From: Raillietiella orientalis | Taxonomy: Eukaryota | DNA length: 64,000 nucleotides | Direction: 5' to 3' | Assembly: GCA_036172245.1 (NCBI GenBank) | Contig: JAYWIR010000001.1 | Span: forward strand, 7,874,001-7,938,000 | In this document: positions 12,501 through 24,856 of the stretch, one piece after another | Numbering within the stretch: the first letter of the stretch is position 1 | Layout: each line of letters opens with the position of its first letter | Position numbers and translations under genes: made by a program | The notes under the pieces: model-generated | The model's input: the letters and a program-made list of their open reading frames with translations, nothing else | Told to the model about the DNA's origin: nothing | The model's database searches: none

Positions 12501-14230
12501 GAGTAAACTTCGTGTTGGTGCACAAACCGATCAGTGTCCCTTCTCGTGGATTCGAAGGATTCTTTTATTTTTACGTTTCATCATACGTTGCTGTAAACTA
12601 GTTTCAACAGATTAATAAACAAAGTAGTCGCTCTCTTTCACTCGTTCCTTTTAGAAATCCAATATTGAATTTTCGTGTGCAACACCAAACTTGCGTGAGT
12701 AAGAAGGAAATCCCAGATCGAGTGTTTGATTAAGTGAAAAGATCCGAAAATTGGCGAAAGGCAAGAAGTACCGACTGCATTCTTTCAGCGCCGTGCCTAA
12801 CGATTAATGTAGGAATTTTCACATGGCAGAGATGATGCCATCTGGAAGCTCCATTTACTTTTTTCCCTGCAACTTCAGTCAACAGTAAAAGATAGAAAAA
12901 ACAGGGAAAATAGAGTAAAGTAGAAGATAAATTCACGTGGACTGTCTTCCGATGAAATGGGACCATTTAAGAAACTAAGTAGGAAAAAAGAAAAAGGAAA
13001 AAAAAAGTCCGGTAATGCATTTCTGAATTTGCGATTGACTGAGCCTTTATTCCGCATTCCCCTCCCCCCTTTAGTTCCTTACATGACAAGATATGGATGT
13101 ATAGAATTCATTCGAGTGGTAAACTTCGAATGCGTAGATGTGCCCTGAGCGTGGTTCAGGTGTTTGTTTTGTGTTTGGAAACGGGAATTAAGCTCAATCT
13201 AATTAAAAAGGTAATCAGTAGGATAGACTCGCAGAATGGCCAAGTTGATGAGGCAAGAAAATCCACTAACACGGTTTCTAGAATTCTAGTTTTGTGCCCA
13301 AAGTTGTGCGATACGAGTCAAAACAATTAAATGAAGATCCACAGCTGATTGATAGTGTATACACTTCGAATGATAAATTGAAATTCGAGTTGGGTGCAAA
13401 TGAGAGAAAGCACCGTGGATGCAAGACGCATGTTGTACAATCGTGTTATTGAGGTTTCCCAAGACCTCGTCCTAGAAAACAGCAACAAAAACTGTCAACA
13501 TGCACAGAGACATCCCTCTGGATCTAAGTGAAAAACAAACTGTGAATTGCTCTCTGCATAGTGCTGTTGACTCTCATGAGGCCTCTAGACGGTTTGACTC
13601 ATCAGCAAGTTTTGTTTGGGCACATACAGTTCATCCGACCAGCTTTGCGATCCAACGAATTTTATCCCTGTACTCATTCACGCGTTGTATGAACATGCAG
13701 AGATACATATGTGAATATGTAGTAATGTTTCAAAAACTTCTTCAAAGTATACGAGTGAGATTGTCGGAAAAAGTCACGGCAAGAGATTTTTAATAATCGC
13801 ACAAGTGACGAAATACAAAGAGCAATCTCAATTAAAAAAAAAAAAAAGAATTTTTTTTTTTTATTTACAAATACATTGATTTGTTATGTTTCAATACTAA
13901 TATTTGGAATTCATAATCAAATATAACTGAAATTAAATTTACAGGTTAGCCATACGTTACATCCGACACCTTCAAAACATACTGACAGTGTCACCTGGAT
14001 GCATTCCAGATAACTACGACCCCCCACCTTACAAAATAACCAGCCAGTGGCGCCATGACCCAAGATATTTTAGTAGTTATTCTACATTCCACAACGATAT
14101 ACCCTGCGCAAAGATATACATGCAATGCTCAAATATGCCGTATGCAACTAACGTAATTGCAATAACGGATGGAGGAAACACCTATTGGCTAAAGAATGAT
14201 GATTCCGTGGATTCTAATTCGGAACTGTAA
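3574..14230 (+). CDS. sage: Mesp/sage-family bHLH transcription factor, 3 exons (3574-4813, 6882-7014, 13945-14230), ~552 aa
   Basis: Spliced bHLH reads [58 protein letters not shown], closely matching the Drosophila Sage/Mesp bHLH as recalled. GT-AG introns with compatible phases (1, 2); AATAAA at 14247. Start ATG 3574 is the most plausible, but the frame is open from 3274. Confidence 0.88.
3760..4302 (+). repeat. Coding trinucleotide repeats (TCC poly-Ser, ACC poly-Thr, GGC poly-Gly, CAG poly-Gln, GCC poly-Ala) in bHLH exon 1
   Basis: Directly visible, e.g. (CAG)7 at 4201-4221, a GGC run at 3955-3975 and a GCC run at ~4282-4302. Confidence 0.9.
5404..5502 (+). repeat. 99-bp AT-rich direct repeat, copy 1 (bHLH intron 1)
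   Basis: Identical to 9388-9486 except one G/A difference (TTTCGGAAT vs TTTCAGAAT); contains internal inverted repeats. Confidence 0.97.
9388..9486 (+). repeat. 99-bp AT-rich direct repeat, copy 2 (bHLH intron 2)
   Basis: 98/99 match to 5404-5502. Confidence 0.97.
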
Positions 14231-14283
14231 TAGGAAACCTAGCTTGAATAAAAAAGAATTCCTTTTGCATCAAATATAATTGG

Positions 14284-17200
14284 TTATGTGAGGCTTGTTG
14301 AAATCAGCTGATGTTCTGTACAAATAAAATGATGCAACAACGTATCCAGAGATTCTTTACAGCGAGTTATCTGGCGTCTCAGAGCATCCCGAAAATCCTC
14401 TCGGGTTTCCTTATCTACTCCTCTGGTAGACATGGATCGGCGAGTGTGCTTTTGAAGGAACAGTTCAAGACAACATGCACCACCAGCTTCAGATGCAAGA
14501 TACATTAATTCTTCCAGTATTTCCGGTAAAATAAGGTAGCGAGGTAACAAAAGACATCGAAGGCCATTTTGATAACGAATGCGTTCTAGAAGAGTCACCA
14601 GAAACCCTTCATGGTGAGGCCAATCGTGCTGGATTAAAATCATAATTAACCCAATGGACATATCGGATGGTGCAGAGGTTGACAGTTTGCTCTGTTGACA
14701 GTCATTTGGGGCATGAAGTGTACACGCGTTTACCTGTAATCCATGGATTAACAACTGAATGCAATATTGTAAAACCTCAGATCTCGTTAGACAAAGAAAA
14801 TGAATGTTGCGACGATCGTCTTTGGGGAACATGCCTGCATGGTTTAGCTGCCCAGTATCAAGAAGGGACAGTAAGTCACATGCTTGTAGAATTTCTTGAA
14901 ATGCGTCCTGAAAAACCCTATGTAAGAAGAATAAGATTCGTTTCTTACTTGATATTTGCCTAATGCATAAAAACTTGAAATCAGTTTTAAGCGAAAACGC
15001 AACAGATCAACGTGGTCAGCAGCTAAAGGAAGCATCAGGGGAATTTTTGCCAAGGGTTCTCTAAAGCTGCCATGGTAGATATGCATGTCAAGGAGAAATA
15101 TGTGAAACCACACACACAAGTCCAAATGCAAATGACGGGAGAGACGAGAAAACTCTGAAACAACAATAACATAAGTTGCATTGATCATTAAAAAAAATAG
15201 AAAATAAAAACCTTTTTCCAATGCATCTGAAGAATTCAACAGTTCCCAACACTTTATTGATGTCATGAAGCTGGAAGATAAGGACAAATCCTTTTTGAGA
15301 TTCGAACTTTGCGTTATTACAGGTGTTTCTTTGCTAATATCAATTCGACGTCGCTTTGATTTTTGCTGTTCGCCATGAGTTGGCTCACTGGATTTGGTTG
15401 AACAACAGAATCCTTCAATTACAGTAGTGAAAATTTTATCTGAAATCGTGCATCAGTATGAAGAACTGAAGATAGTTTTGAATACCTCGACCTATTCCAA
15501 GATAATCAAGTGCACAATGTGTGAGGAGGATAAACAAGCAGTATAATGTTTGTCTCACATGGTTGAGCATACTCGCTTCATCAACGGGGGTTGGAACTGG
15601 ATTAGAATAGAAACTCAAGATGCGATGCAACTGTGTTTCCGGATTTCTAAATCAAGAGCTACATTATATCATCTATTCCAGCACACTCAAAAACGAATTA
15701 AAAAATGCAGCAGAAGCTGTTAAAAAATTAGGCATGAAAAATTAATGTTCTTGAGTTCTGAAGGGTAATCAAATTTTACTGTTGCTTATTTATAATAACT
15801 AGACCACCATGCCTTATCTACTGAACTACTAACACTAAGGAGTCTGATCATGATCAGCAAAACAAATCTTTGTCTTGATAAAGTCATACTAATAATATGT
15901 GTCTTCCGAAATTTTTTCCAATATCCCTGTTTTTTTTCTCTTTTTTCTTTAGGGGAAAAGTTATTTTGACTACAGGTTTAAAATCTTTTCTTTAAAGCTT
16001 TAATCTTTTTCTTTAAATTTTTTCTTATAAGCTTTTCTTCTGAAATGCTAATGAAACAACCTTTTCAATCACTTATTTCTCTTCAACTCTTTCTTCTTTG
16101 CTTAATACAGCCAATTCGCAAAATACATGTGCACCATCATTCCACACCCACACACACACACATGCATGCATGCATGCATATATACATACATACAAATTAC
16201 AAAACTTATTACCTACTCTGTCTGATGAAACACTGAAAAAGGTAAGTTCCATCCCAAAATGTGACCAACCATTTCTACACATTTTATCAATGTATTCCAA
16301 GGATCTTCTATGCTTGGCAAATCATTTTTGATAGCCTATAAATTAAATGAAATTAAAATATTGAAAAATTTATTAAATATATTTACAAATCAAAAACAAA
16401 AATACTCACTTGATTATTACTTGTAAGACACCATAAATAAAATTCAATAGACTTTTGCAAAAGAGCAAACAAATGCTTTGAGTTCCAGCTGGTTTTTGAA
16501 TTCTTTAATAATAAGGGAAATAAATCACAAACTAAAAAGAAACTGTAGATTACAATACCATTTACAACTATAAACATCACACCTTATCAACTCAATAGTA
16601 AGCATATCAAAGTAGATCATGCATCCATCATTTTTGTTATACTACCCAAACAAGCTCCATGCATACATATATGTACAGAAGATGCTTATTATGAAATATT
16701 ATTAAGGAGTACCAATTGAATAAATGCAGAAATTACAAAAAAATATACGAATTGGTGTCAGTAAGAATACCCTGTCTAACAGCATGCCACAAAATAGCTT
16801 TACCATATTTACTGCTTTAAAAAGATTAACTTTACTAATGATGGTTCCAGTTCTGTACAGATACAACCTGAACCAATACATCTCACAATTCCTTCATTTC
16901 ACTCTTTACCTCATTCACAAACAGTACTTGATCAACTCTAAGTTTTTCAAGTAATAGTACTTCTTATAAAAAACAAAATGTGAGTGCAATTATTGCTGAA
17001 TTCCAATCCTTAAGTTATTCAACTTTTGCCTCTATTTGTTAAGACCTACCACAAGACCAGTTTTCTCAAAACTGAAGTTTCAGTACACCCTTGGTTGACT
17101 TTGTGCACTTTGATTATTTAAAATTTTAAGTAGAAATAACTACAATTTGAGAATTGCTTACACTTTGAGCAAATACTTCAATGTAATGGAAAGAAAAGTC

Positions 17201-18716
17201 AATTTCTTTCATGGTTTCTGAACCACAATGGCTTGTTTCAAAGAAAATGAACATTCTAATGACTATCGTAAATTTAATGACTAATAAAAAAAAAAAAAAA
17301 TGATTTTCATTGAAGGACCATAATGATGATAATAATAATAACAACGGTAACACATTGCTTATGATATAAAGAACTATTTTGACTGCATCCACAAAAATCA
17401 GATATCAAGTTTCTGGATTAAAAAGGATGCACTAAATTTAATACAATGTGATATTTGTCTCAGTAATACAACGGACTTCAAAGAATGAATCAGGTGTACA
17501 GATCTTTGGAATCAATGTTTAATGGATATATCCCTCATAATTCCAACATTCCACATCTTCATGAATTTAAGTAACAGATTCCATAATATTGTAATTATAA
17601 TGCATTAAAAATTCTCATATGGATATCAAAAAGGATATTCTCATATGGCTTTTCATTTTAGCTACACATTTTTTATTTTATGTACCTTTAAAATTTAATC
17701 AACAAAATTTCGTTTACATCAAGTTCTTTCTGTTTGGGAGAACAAATACTCAAGAATTTACTTTACCTAGAAGTGCTCGATAACAATTTAAACAATTCTG
17801 TGGGTAGAACTGCTTTTCTGCAGTAAATATAGCATCAATCAATTTTCCCTGTAAAAATAGGGAAGAATTTAACATTCTTAAATTAAACACACACGTGAAT
17901 TTTTAAAAAAGTTGCAAATGAGTCTTAACAAAAAAGTAACACATATCTTATTTTAAACATTTTCATGATATACAATTAAATTACACTTTTGTGAGACCAC
18001 ATAATTCAACAATTGAGTAAAGCAATTATTAATATCACTGAAAATGCACACTTACTGAATGTTTTGAAATAGTTTCCGGAAAAGTCTTCAAAAAGAATAA
18101 AAATAATTTACACTGCTTCATGCTTGCTTCTTTCTGATATACCAAAGTCAAAAGAACTTTGTGTTTAGTTTCATTAGGAAGAGATAAAAATAAATCTTTA
18201 AGAAAAGCAGAACCACCATCACTGCTAGTACAAAGTAATGCTTCAGTGAGTAGTGTGATCTCATCCCAAAGAGCTGGTTCATTTTGAAATTCCACTATCC
18301 TAATGATGAAAACTATAAACCATAATAAATTTGAAATACGCAAGTAACATACAAGTTGCTAAGATATCTGGATGCTTCAGTCACATTCTTGGCTTCTTTT
18401 GCAAAACTGTATGCTAGGTACTACAAAAAAAGTTAACATTAACACGGTACATTTATCACCTTTAAAGTTAAATAATTTCACCTATTTGTCAACACAAGAG
18501 GCGTGACTTCAAGTTATGCTACTTAATTACACATTATAAACTTACTTGAATACTGAAACTTCTAGGGAATATAAGCTTTGCTGTTAATATCCAGCTATTC
18601 ATGGAAAAAACATCAACTGCTTTTGCTTCAGTTGCTCTTTGTATTAAATAACTTTCATCTGATGTTTGATTATCAGATTCGGCTTCTTCTTTAATCATCA
18701 TGAATCTATCCAGCAT
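14284..18716 (-). CDS. INTS10: Integrator complex subunit 10, 11 exons (18546-18716, 18353-18420, 18056-18299, 17767-17848, 16410-16531, 16217-16335, 15486-15646, 15212-15439, 14949-15154, 14734-14907, 14284-14691), ~660 aa
   Basis: N-terminus YLIQRA...SWILTAKLIFPRSFSIQY, internal FPETISKH and VCDLFPLL, and C-terminus LIQHDWP...LEELMYL...TRGVDKETREDFRDALRRQITRCKE match recalled INTS10 sequence. All introns are GT-AG and phase-compatible; the exon 7 donor could lie 6 nt further 5'. Confidence 0.92.
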
Positions 18717-19468
18717 TATTTTCACTCTCGCTTTAAGCCTTAGACACTACACTATATCAGGTGGCAATTTATGCTGCTGCAGCTATGTACATTTTGATGA
18801 AAGCCTTTTTTTCAATTGAAGAGAACATTACTTCGAAAAAAACAATTTTTCAGAAAAGCAAGTGCTGTTTGTAATCTTGAATTAATTCATAAAATCAAAG
18901 TGCAAGACAATGATTTACAAACGGCCACAAGTTTATGGAGTTACTGGAGTTGACAAGTGCGACACGCTCTCGTGGAGAAATGCTTTTACTGTAAAGATTA
19001 CTTGGCTTTTAAATGCAATACAAGGCAAAACGAAACCGTGAACACATTTCTAATATTCTCATAAAATGGATTCAATCTCCCTTTTCGAATCTCCCCTTAA
19101 GATGAAGTGGGATGAATTCCAAGCCATCATTTACTTTCCATTTGATTAATGCCCTTAGTGTTTTTGTGTATTGTTTGTTTTGACTCGGTTGTTTATAACT
19201 CTTCGCTTGCAAAACTTCAAAGAAAATGGTCGAGAAAAAAAAAAATGCTGAAAAACACATAGAGATGGCGTTCTAAAAGTATGAGTAATCACTATTTATC
19301 CATATAAAAAGTAAAGTTTTTACAGAAGAATATGATAGAATTTACGCAAAATCTCTGAAGCAGTGAACAATGTATACCAAAGTCAACATATTCAGAGTAA
19401 ATATTCGAGCAAGCTCAATGCTGACTTTGGTTGTCATTATACCCCAATGTTTTCTTGTATCAACAACC

Positions 19469-20156
19469 TCAACAGCAGCCAAGATTTTTGACCATCATCA
19501 TTGTCTAAATTTGCAACAGTTAGATAAAAAGAAGTTGGAATAAAAATAGTAATAATATGATTTTATACTAATTTAAAGCAGTAGTCCAAATCATCCAATT
19601 TCACTCACAGTTGTCTTGGAATCTTTTTCATCTGATGAAGGTTTACGGACCTAAAACTGAGTACGCTCAAATCAAATTTAAAGTCCAATACTTATTGCAG
19701 CTTTTTTAATCTCCTATTGTAAAATAAAAATAAAGGACTGAAATTATGAATAACTGAAATCAATAACTGAAAGACATCCATAATCACGAAGTGAATAAGT
19801 TTCAAAAATTAAACTGCTGATTTGATTTTGTAATTCGTTTTGCTTTTGAAAAATCAATTGCAAAGTTTGAAAGGTTTAAAGTTTTGTGCTAAAGGTTTTT
19901 TACAATTTAGCAGAAAACTCATTTTTTTTTGCATCTTATAACTTTCATTTAGTTTATCGAAGTCGGAATAACTTTATGTTGTGCTGCTCACATATAAAGT
20001 CTTAAGAAATTTACAAATGCTCCCACAATCCTTTGCAAGTACATTTAGTCCTTGACATTTGAAAACTTGACTAATGAATAGATAGGGCTTTGGCGCACTC
20101 ATATATAGTGGATCAATTTCAATATGTGCAAAGTAGAAAACAAACGAGTTACAGTA
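19469..20156 (-). CDS. Candidate 3' exons (19992-20156, 19609-19650, 19469-19504) of a highly divergent TGF-beta-like cysteine-rich domain; 5' exons unresolved
   Basis: Three phase-0 exons with TTTAG acceptors and GTGAGC/GTGAGT donors splice to YCNSFVFYFAHIEIDPLYMSAPKPYLFISQVFKCQGLNVLAKDCGSICKFLKTLY|VRKPSSDEKDSKTT|TMMMVKNLGCC*. Spacing resembles the BMP/TGF-beta mature domain (C..APxGY..CxG..CC..LY..MxVxxCGC), but two knot cysteines are absent. Confidence 0.42.
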
Positions 20157-21915
20157 CTAAAAGACAGCGTACTCTTATGTAGAGAAGAGCTAGATTTCAA
20201 AAGTTTTTTCCTCTGAGCTTTAGAGTGAAAAATATTTCAGTCGTAATCCGTTCACAAATCTGATATGGGAGTGCAAATGAAGAGTTCTCCTGCGGGACTC
20301 CATTCCCCAGCTTCTCACGAAAATCATCCATATGCAATTAAAGACGCTTTCATATATCAACACAATCAAGGTTAAAAAACTGCAACTGTTTTTTATGTTA
20401 TCTGTTATCTTTATTCTGATTCAGTAATGTGCACATAACGCATCCTTTAATATTTGTTTATAAACTAAACTAAACTACATGAAGCAATATAATTAAAAAG
20501 ACTTTTCTCATGAGTTCAGGAAGGGAAATGCAGCATTATTTTTTATAAAAACAACTGTTTCGATGTATGAATGATTGACATTACCAATGGGGCATTGCAA
20601 CAAAACTTTCATAAGTCAAGGCTATCCGGTATTTGTATTTTTCATTCGTATTTCAAAATTCCGAGATGTTGTCGGTTTGAAATGTAAGCAACCCGACTGA
20701 TTTCTCTGATATGAATAAGCGAATCAAAGGAAGTTTCTTTCTAAAGCTGAACCTTCTTTTTTGAAAATGAAAGCACAGTGCCTCTGATGAGAACAGTGTT
20801 ACAGTTTCCTTCCTTTCGTAAGTTTCCGTGCAAACGACGGTTGAGAGCAAATACCATTGATTGCACAATATATACTCATTAGTGATTAATTTTGACGAAT
20901 TTCCTAATTGGAAGCTGAAAGTCAATAAATGATGATATGTTTTCAGTACTTGTTTATACTGTAACATGTTTAATGGAATCTGACTGTGATCAGACTTTAC
21001 TCACACGAAACTGCCTTACGAATGTATAAAGAAATCACATTTGCTCAGAGAATCATTCCAACGCCTGATAAACTTATTCTTTATGTCATGTAATTAAGGG
21101 TTGTCTGGCTACAATGGAGGAAAAATCAATATCATACGATTACGGGAAGCTTTAGTTTCCATCCTGATTAGACGAAATTTCAACCTACGATATTGGTTCT
21201 GAATAATTCTCCAGTGGTTTCACTTCGTATAACGTAAACATGCTACATCCCAATAGATCATTTTTAATGGCACTAAGTTCGATTGATTAGCAAGATTGAA
21301 ATTAACGTGTTAGCTATCTTTCAGATGATTAACTGATGGTTTTGTTACTCGTAAATTAACTTATTGTTATTTTTGGAATTCTTAAGCAACAAAATCTTCA
21401 AGTGAACAAGATTGTTTCTACATGCTTACGATTAAACTAATCACCAAATGCATTCAAGAAAATCGAATTCCCAATGAAGCAGGTTAATTCATCAATTCCT
21501 TTCTGGTAAGAGGTATTCTTTTGTAACCGAAGATGTTCGTCAAAATTCATCAAAATTCTATGTATCCGAAGTTCTAATGATCGAAAATTGTTTCCGGATC
21601 AAGATTTGCCGACAGGTGCCTTTGGAGGAAACGAAAGACGATACTTCGTCAATTGCGATTTTTTATCACTAACAAATATGCAAACGCAGTCACCATCATT
21701 ATTTACCCCTGATTATTCATAAATCAATTTTAAAATTCCAGAAATTAAGTTCTTGTATTCAGCATCATGCCATATTATGTGCAAAAAAAAACCATAAATA
21801 TATCTTTTTTTGGCCTTTAAGAGTTCACTCGCAAGTTTGCATCAAATTCCAAAATTTGTTGTAGTCACAACCTGGATTCATGCTGAATACAAGACGAACC
21901 ATTTGAAATTATAAA

Positions 21916-23017
21916 ATGTTTAAACGCTGCAAGGATGCTTGCTCAAACTGTCAACCATTTTTCAAGAGTGGCATAAGGTAAAAAATCAAACTTCATTTGA
22001 AATTTTTCGAGCGTTACATTAGGGAGGTTATCATACCGATATTGGGACTTGACAGTGCGGGAAAATCGACATTTGTCAAGAGAATAAAAGGAGGTAGTCT
22101 CCTAGTTTGGATTTCAATGTTTCATGAGCTTGGTTCGTCATTTTCAGAGGATCCAGAAGAGGTTTTACCAACAGTTGGATTTGATATGTTAAGCTGTAAT
22201 TTCAACAGATCAAAATTAACTTGGTACGACTTAGGTGGAAACGATTCGATTCGAGGCATATGGAAGAACTATTATGCTGAGGTGATTTGTTGTATGATTC
22301 ATTTGATAACCATTTGGAATGATCTCAGAGTCATGGGTTTATTTTTGTAATTGATGCTGCTGATCGCCATCATTTAGAAAAATGCAAGGAAGTATTCGAC
22401 AATTTCATATCAAATGATTTGGTGATGGGGAAACCTATTCTTATGTATGCACATATTGATATTTTGTAATAACTTTTATCTTAGTTTAGGAAACAAACAA
22501 GATGTAGATTATGCAGCTGACGAAGTGGATATCTGTCACATCTTAGACCTAGAAAAATTAGTTAACAAATACTGCTGCCCTACCAGATTGGAACTTTGTT
22601 CCATCTTGTATGGCTCTGCAAAAGGAAAGATTGATAAAAGCATTAAAGATGGTATTAGGTGGGCTGATCCATGATACATTTTATAACGTATATTGATGCA
22701 GATGGCTTTTAGGAAATATTCTTGATAATTATAAAGTTTTGCAGAATCGTATTAAAGAAGACATAGAGCAAGAACATCAATCTAGACAAGCACAAAAACA
22801 GAGGAAGCAAACAGATATGCATACTTGGCTGGACAAACATAATCAAAGCAATGCTGATAAAAACATGCCCACTGATTTAATTGTTGAGAATTGTGAATCT
22901 TCACCATCTGCATATTTTTTTAAAAAGAAATTGTTCCTTTGTAGCAAATTATGGAGTTGGGAGAGAGGAAAGTACAAATTAATATGGAAAAACAAAATAA
23001 GACCTGAGAAGCAGTAG
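21916..23017 (+). CDS. ARL13B: ADP-ribosylation factor-like protein 13B (ciliary GTPase), 6 exons (21916-21977, 22023-22093, 22148-22281, 22329-22444, 22485-22658, 22702-23017), ~290 aa
   Basis: GLDSAGKST P-loop, PTVGF, DLGGN (no catalytic Gln), [41 protein letters not shown], then a coiled coil after WLL; Cys-rich N-terminus. Confidence 0.9.
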
Positions 23018-23093
23018 CCAATTTTTATTCTGTCAAATATATTTTTTTAAGTTTTATCAGCTGTATAAGCATCAGTGACATTCAAAGATTAAA

Positions 23094-23956
23094 CTATTTT
23101 TCACTGTTTTTACCTTGTTCTTTGCTCTTGTCTTGTTTATTTTTATAATCTTGCAATGCAGCTTTGATAGCATCTTCTGCCAACACTAAGATAACATCAG
23201 CATCATTTGAACATTAACTTTATGATGGGCACAAGATACACTTACACTTACTTAAAAAACAATATATACTAACAGTATTCTAAAACTAAAATCTTCACAT
23301 TTTATGTAAGTGTATTTAAATTCAAAAATTCATTTCAAATAATAATTCGATCCTAATATGAACACTTCTGGACAATTATGCTACCTTCAATTTTCAATTT
23401 GAATAGATTTCACGATAAATATGTTGCAATATCACACACTTTACTTGTAACAATGCACTGTTTTACACTTTACTTACTAGAGCAATGCAACTTTACAGGT
23501 GGAAGCTTCAACTCCTTAGCAATATCAGAGTTTCTTATTGTTTTCGCTTCATCCAACTATGATTCACATTTTCAATAAGTATGCTATCAAAAAAAATTAC
23601 CTGTTTGCCTTTCACCCATTCTGTAGCTAAAGAACTGGAGGCAATGGCTGAACCACAGCCAAATGTCTTAAACTTTGCATCTATAATTTTCCCATTCTCA
23701 TCTACTTTAATCTGCAATTTCATTACATCTCCACAAGCTGGTGCTCCAACAAGTCCAGTTCCAACATTTTTATCATTCTTGTCGAAAGATCCTACATTTC
23801 TGGGATTTTCATAATGATCAATTACCTAACATACGTCAAAACCGATGGGACTACCAATTACATTTTTACCTTAGGATGATAGGAAGCATGACTTGTCACA
23901 ACTACATAATTTTTTTTTAAATTCCTAAAACGGGATGCAGTGAATAATTTGTGCAT
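23094..23956 (-). CDS. ISCU: Iron-sulfur cluster scaffold protein, 4 exons (23870-23956, 23601-23825, 23478-23556, 23094-23185), ~160 aa
   Basis: YHPKVIDHYENPRNVGS, GAPACGDVMKLQI, KTFGCGSAIASSS and LPPVKLHCSMLAEDAIKAA; basic N-terminal leader consistent with mitochondrial targeting. Confidence 0.97.
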
Positions 23957-24856
23957 TTATAAAAAAATTTAGAACTTATGTATCGTATTACTCTGGAAAC
24001 AAAACACAAAATACAAAGTTAATCTTCTTGAACTGATAATATGAGTGCGCATGCTCAAGAACCCAAGATTCCACACAATCAAGCTGTGACATGACATGAA
24101 CTGATTTGGAACATGATAGCTGACAGCCAACAAAATTGCCACACTTGCATGCAAGATCCGTGAAGATCCGGCTATGAGCTGCAAATACAAAATGGGCGTG
24201 AATGACATGATACGAGTCATCATGGTATTCAACAAAAATGACCACATGGGATCAACATTACTTCGTCCTGAAGTTCCGCGTGAACACGGCACCATCGCGC
24301 TGCCCTACGTTTCTGACAACCTACGCACCACCCATGTTTACATTTCGGAAACCACGGTTTCATTGCCACGGGAACGTACGCTCCTCCTTCCTCAACAGCT
24401 ACGCAGGGAAAATGGTTCTCAAGCAACGCAAGGGAAGAACAATCGCTCGAGGAGGGGGGGGGGATATGCAGTACATACGTACCGTGTGACGTCATAAATG
24501 AGGCCTTAAATGAGAGCGAAACTTTTTCTTGACAACATTGTAATAGCTGAGCACTAAAAAAAAAAAAAAAAAAAAATTGCAGCTGTTCAATCAGGGTGCA
24601 CAATCATAAAATCCATCTGTGATCAATAAATCATACTGAACAAAGATTATTGCAAAATAAAAGCATCCACCCTGTTGTATTGACACCAACACATCTTTGT
24701 GGTCAGTTAATATATACTTGCATTAGATCACATCATTTAACCCTAATAAACTAGGCAAACTCGTTCAGAGAATTTGCAAGCAGGTTAAAGGCATCCATAC
24801 AGATCTATTTTGGATTTTTGTCTGAAAGTGGATAATGGTATACATTTTGCAGTACC

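Noticed and set aside
19455-19480. TGC TGT TGA GGT TGT TGA read as a selenoprotein-like C-U-G tail
   Set aside because: No SECIS identified and no selenoprotein family similarity; the first TGA is more simply the stop.
24174-24497. ORF with IALPYVSDNL resembling the Penelope pre-GIY-YIG motif
   Set aside because: Single short motif; no RT or GIY-YIG residues nearby.
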